A stretch of 64,000 nt of DNA, from the NCBI GenBank assembly GCA_040954595.2, contig CM082591.2, positions 11,363,309 to 11,427,308 on the forward strand, in the 5' to 3' direction. The translations under genes and the position numbers were made by a program. Of this stretch, positions 61,101 through 64,000 are shown piece by piece (the first letter of the stretch is position 1; each line of letters begins with the position of its first letter). Origin of the DNA: Balanoglossus misakiensis. Lineage: Eukaryota; Animalia; Hemichordata. The notes below the pieces were generated by a model. It was not told where the DNA came from and did not search any database. It worked only from the letters and a program-made list of their open reading frames with translations.

Positions 61101-64000
61101 AAGCAATCTTGGAAATTTTAGAACTATCAGTCGATCTACAGAGTCTAGTGGAAAATTTTTTTACGCGCATAGGCCTATCATGTGTCCTGCGCATCACAAC
61201 AGAATTCGGTAAATAAACGAGGGTGTGTTTGGAAGCAACCATGGAAATTTTAGAACTATCCGTCCATCTACAGAGTCTAGTGGAAAACTTTCTTATGCGC
61301 ATAGGCTTATCTATGTGTTCTACGCATCACAACAGAATTCGGTAAATAAACGAGGCAGTGTTTGGAAGCAACCATGGAAATTTTAGAACTATCCGTCCAT
61401 CTACAGAGTCTAGTGGAAAACTTCCTTATGCGCTTAGGCCTATCGTGTGTCCTGCGCATCACAACAGAATTCAATTAATAAACGTGGCTGTGTTTGGAAG
61501 CAACCATGGAAATTTTAGAACTATCCGTCGATCTACAGAGTGTAGTCGAAAACTTTCTTATGCGCATAGACCTATCATGTGTTCTGCGCATCACAACAGA
61601 ATTTTGTAAACAAACGAGGCTGTGTTTGGAAGCAACCATGGAAACTTTAGAACTATCCGTCGATCTACAGAGTCTAGTGGAAAACTTTTTTATGCGCATA
61701 GGCCTATCATGTATTCTGCGCATCACAACAGAATTTTGTAAACAAACGAGGATGTGTTTGGAAGCAACCATGGAAATTTTAGAACTATCCGTCCATCTAC
61801 AGAGTCTAGTGGAAAACTTCCTTATGCGCTTAGGCCTATCATGTGTCCTGCGCATCACAACAGAATTCAATTAATAAACGTGGCTGTGTTTGGAAGCAAC
61901 CATGGAAATTTTAGAACTATCCGACGATCTACAGAGTGTAGTCGAAAACTTTCTTATGCGCATAGACCTATCATGTGTTCTGCGCATCACAACAGATTTC
62001 CTTAAATAAACGAGGCTGTGTTTGGAAGCAACCATGGAAAGATTAGAACTATCCGTCGATCTACAGAGTCTAGTGGAAAACTTTCTTATGCGCATAGGTC
62101 TATCGTGTGTTCTGCGAATCACAACAGATTTCCTCAAATAAACGAGGGTGTGTTTGGAAGCAACCATGGAAATTTTAGAACTATCCGTCGATCTACAGAG
62201 TCGAGTGGAAAACTTCCTTAAGCGCATAGGCCTATCATGTGTCCTGCGCATCACAACAGAATTCAATTTATAAACGTGGCTGTGTTTGGAAGCAACCATG
62301 GAAATTTAGAACTATCTGTCCATCTACAGTGGAAAACTTCCTTATGCGCATAGGCCTATCATATGTCCTGCGCATCACAACAGAATTCAATTAATAAACG
62401 TGGCTGTGTTTGGAAGCAACCATGGAAATTTTAGAACTATCTGTCGATCTACCGAGTCTATCAGAAAACTTTCTCATGCGCATAGGTCTATCGTGTGTTC
62501 TGCGAATCACAACAGATTTCCTCAAATAAACGAGGCTGTGTTTGGAAGCATCCATGGGAATTTTAGAACTATCCGTCGATCTACTGAGTCTAGTGGAAAA
62601 CTTTCTGATGCGCATAGGCCTGTCATGTGTTTTGCGCATCACAACAGAATTAAATTAATAAACGTAGCTGTGTTTGGAAGCAACCATGGAAATTTTAGAA
62701 CTATCCGTCGATCTACTGAGTCTAGTGGAAAACTTTCTGATGCGCATAGGCCTATCATGTGTTTTGCGCATCACAACAGAATTAAATTAATAAACGTAGC
62801 TGTGTTTGGAAGCAACCATGGAAATTTTAGAACTATCCGTCGATCTACTGAGTCTAGTGGAAAACTTTCTTATGCGCATAGGCCTATCATGTGTTCTGCG
62901 CATCACAACAGAATTTTATAAACAAACGAGGCTGTGTTTGGAAGCAACCAAGGAAATTTTAGAACTATCCGTCGATCTACTGAGTCTAGTGGAAAACTTT
63001 CTTAAGCGCATAGGCCTATCTATGTGTTCTGCGCATCACAACAGAATTTTGTAAACAAACGAGGATGTGTCTGGAAGCAACCATGGAAACTTTAGAACTA
63101 TCCGTCAATCTACAGAGTCTAGTAGAAAACTTTCTTATCCTCATAGGCCTATCATGTGTTCTGCGCATCACAACAGAATTTGGTAAACAAACAAGGCTGT
63201 GTTTGGAAGCAACCATGGAAACTTTAGAACTATCCGTCGATCTACAGAGTCTAGTGGAAAACTTCCTTATGCGCATAGGCTTATCTATGTGTACTACGCA
63301 TCACAACAGAATTCGGTTAATAAACGAGGCTGTGTTTGGAAGCAATCATGGAAATTTTAGAACTATCCGTCGATCTACACAGTCTAGTGGAAAACTTTCT
63401 TATGCGCATAGACCTATCATATGTTCTGCGCATCACAACAGAATTTTGTAAAGAAACGAGGCTGTGTTTGGAAGCAACCATGGAAACTTTAGAACTATCC
63501 GTCGATCTACTGAGTCCAGTGGAAAACTTTTTTATGCGCATAGGCCTATCATGTATTCTGCGCATCACAACAGATTTTCTTAAACAACGAGGCTGTGTTT
63601 GGAAGCAACCATGGAAATTTTAGAACTATCCGTCGATCTACTGAGTCTAGTGGAAAACTTTCTGATGCGCATAGGCCTGTCATGTGTTTTGCGCATCACA
63701 ACAGAATTAAATTAATAAACGTAGCTGTGTTTGGAAGCAACCATGGAAATTTTAGAACTATCCGTCGATCTACTGAGTCTAGTGGAAAACTTTCTGATGC
63801 GCATAGGCCTATCATGTGTTTTGCGCATCACAACAGAATTAAATTAATAAACGTAGCTGTGTTTGGAAGCAACCATGGAAATTTTAGAACTATCCGTCGA
63901 TCTACTGAGTCTAGTGGAAAACTTTCTTATGCGCATAGGCCTATCATGTGTTCTGCGCATCACAACAGAATTTTATAAACAAACGAGGCTGTGTTTGGAA
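49111..64000. repeat. 132-bp satellite array, segment 4, including a 17-20-monomer higher-order repeat from ~52 kb
   Basis: Marker monomer GATGTGTCTGG...CTAGTAGAAAA at 53045, 55551, 58189, 60826, 63065 (spacings 2506, 2638, 2637, 2239); runs off the right edge. Confidence 0.99.

Noticed and set aside
1-64000. Hundreds of 60-230 aa ORFs (MFGSNHGNFR.., MEATMEILEL.., MRIRKFSTRL..) suggesting a repeat-protein gene
   Set aside because: 132 bp equals 44 codons, so any stop-poor frame repeats; ORFs occur in several frames on both strands and are broken by freely spreading stops and 1-, 4- and 8-bp indels. No sign of coding constraint.
1-64000. CRISPR-like array (conserved block plus variable block)
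   Set aside because: The variable parts are point variants of one sequence, not unique spacers; no cas genes; context is eukaryotic.

Overview
Eukaryotic (probably marine invertebrate/deuterostome; inference) satellite-DNA array. About 55 kb is a head-to-tail, single-orientation tandem repeat of a 132-bp monomer (roughly 420 copies; representative GGCTGTGTTTGGAAGCAACCATGGAAATTTTAGAACTATCCGTCGATCTACAGAGTCTAGTGGAAAACTTTCTTATGCGCATAGGCCTATCATGTGTTCTGCGCATCACAACAGAATTTTGTAAACAAACGA) organised into shifting local higher-order repeats. Three insertions interrupt it, each with a clean target-site duplication: (1) a 5'-truncated L2-type LINE (3333-4316); (2) an apparently intact, young Gmr1-like Ty3/gypsy LTR retrotransposon on the minus strand (9176-16401; single Gag-PR-IN-RT-RH ORF, tRNA-Pro PBS, PPT), carrying a nested PIF/Harbinger-like MITE in its leader (14838-15493); (3) a 458-bp non-autonomous element with 153-bp TIRs and a 9-bp TSD, probably AcademH-like (48653-49110). 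All three land in the same 27-bp stretch of the monomer. The hundreds of short ORFs are by-products of the 44-codon repeat period. No host gene, RNA gene or CRISPR array is supported. Centromeric function is plausible but cannot be shown from sequence alone.
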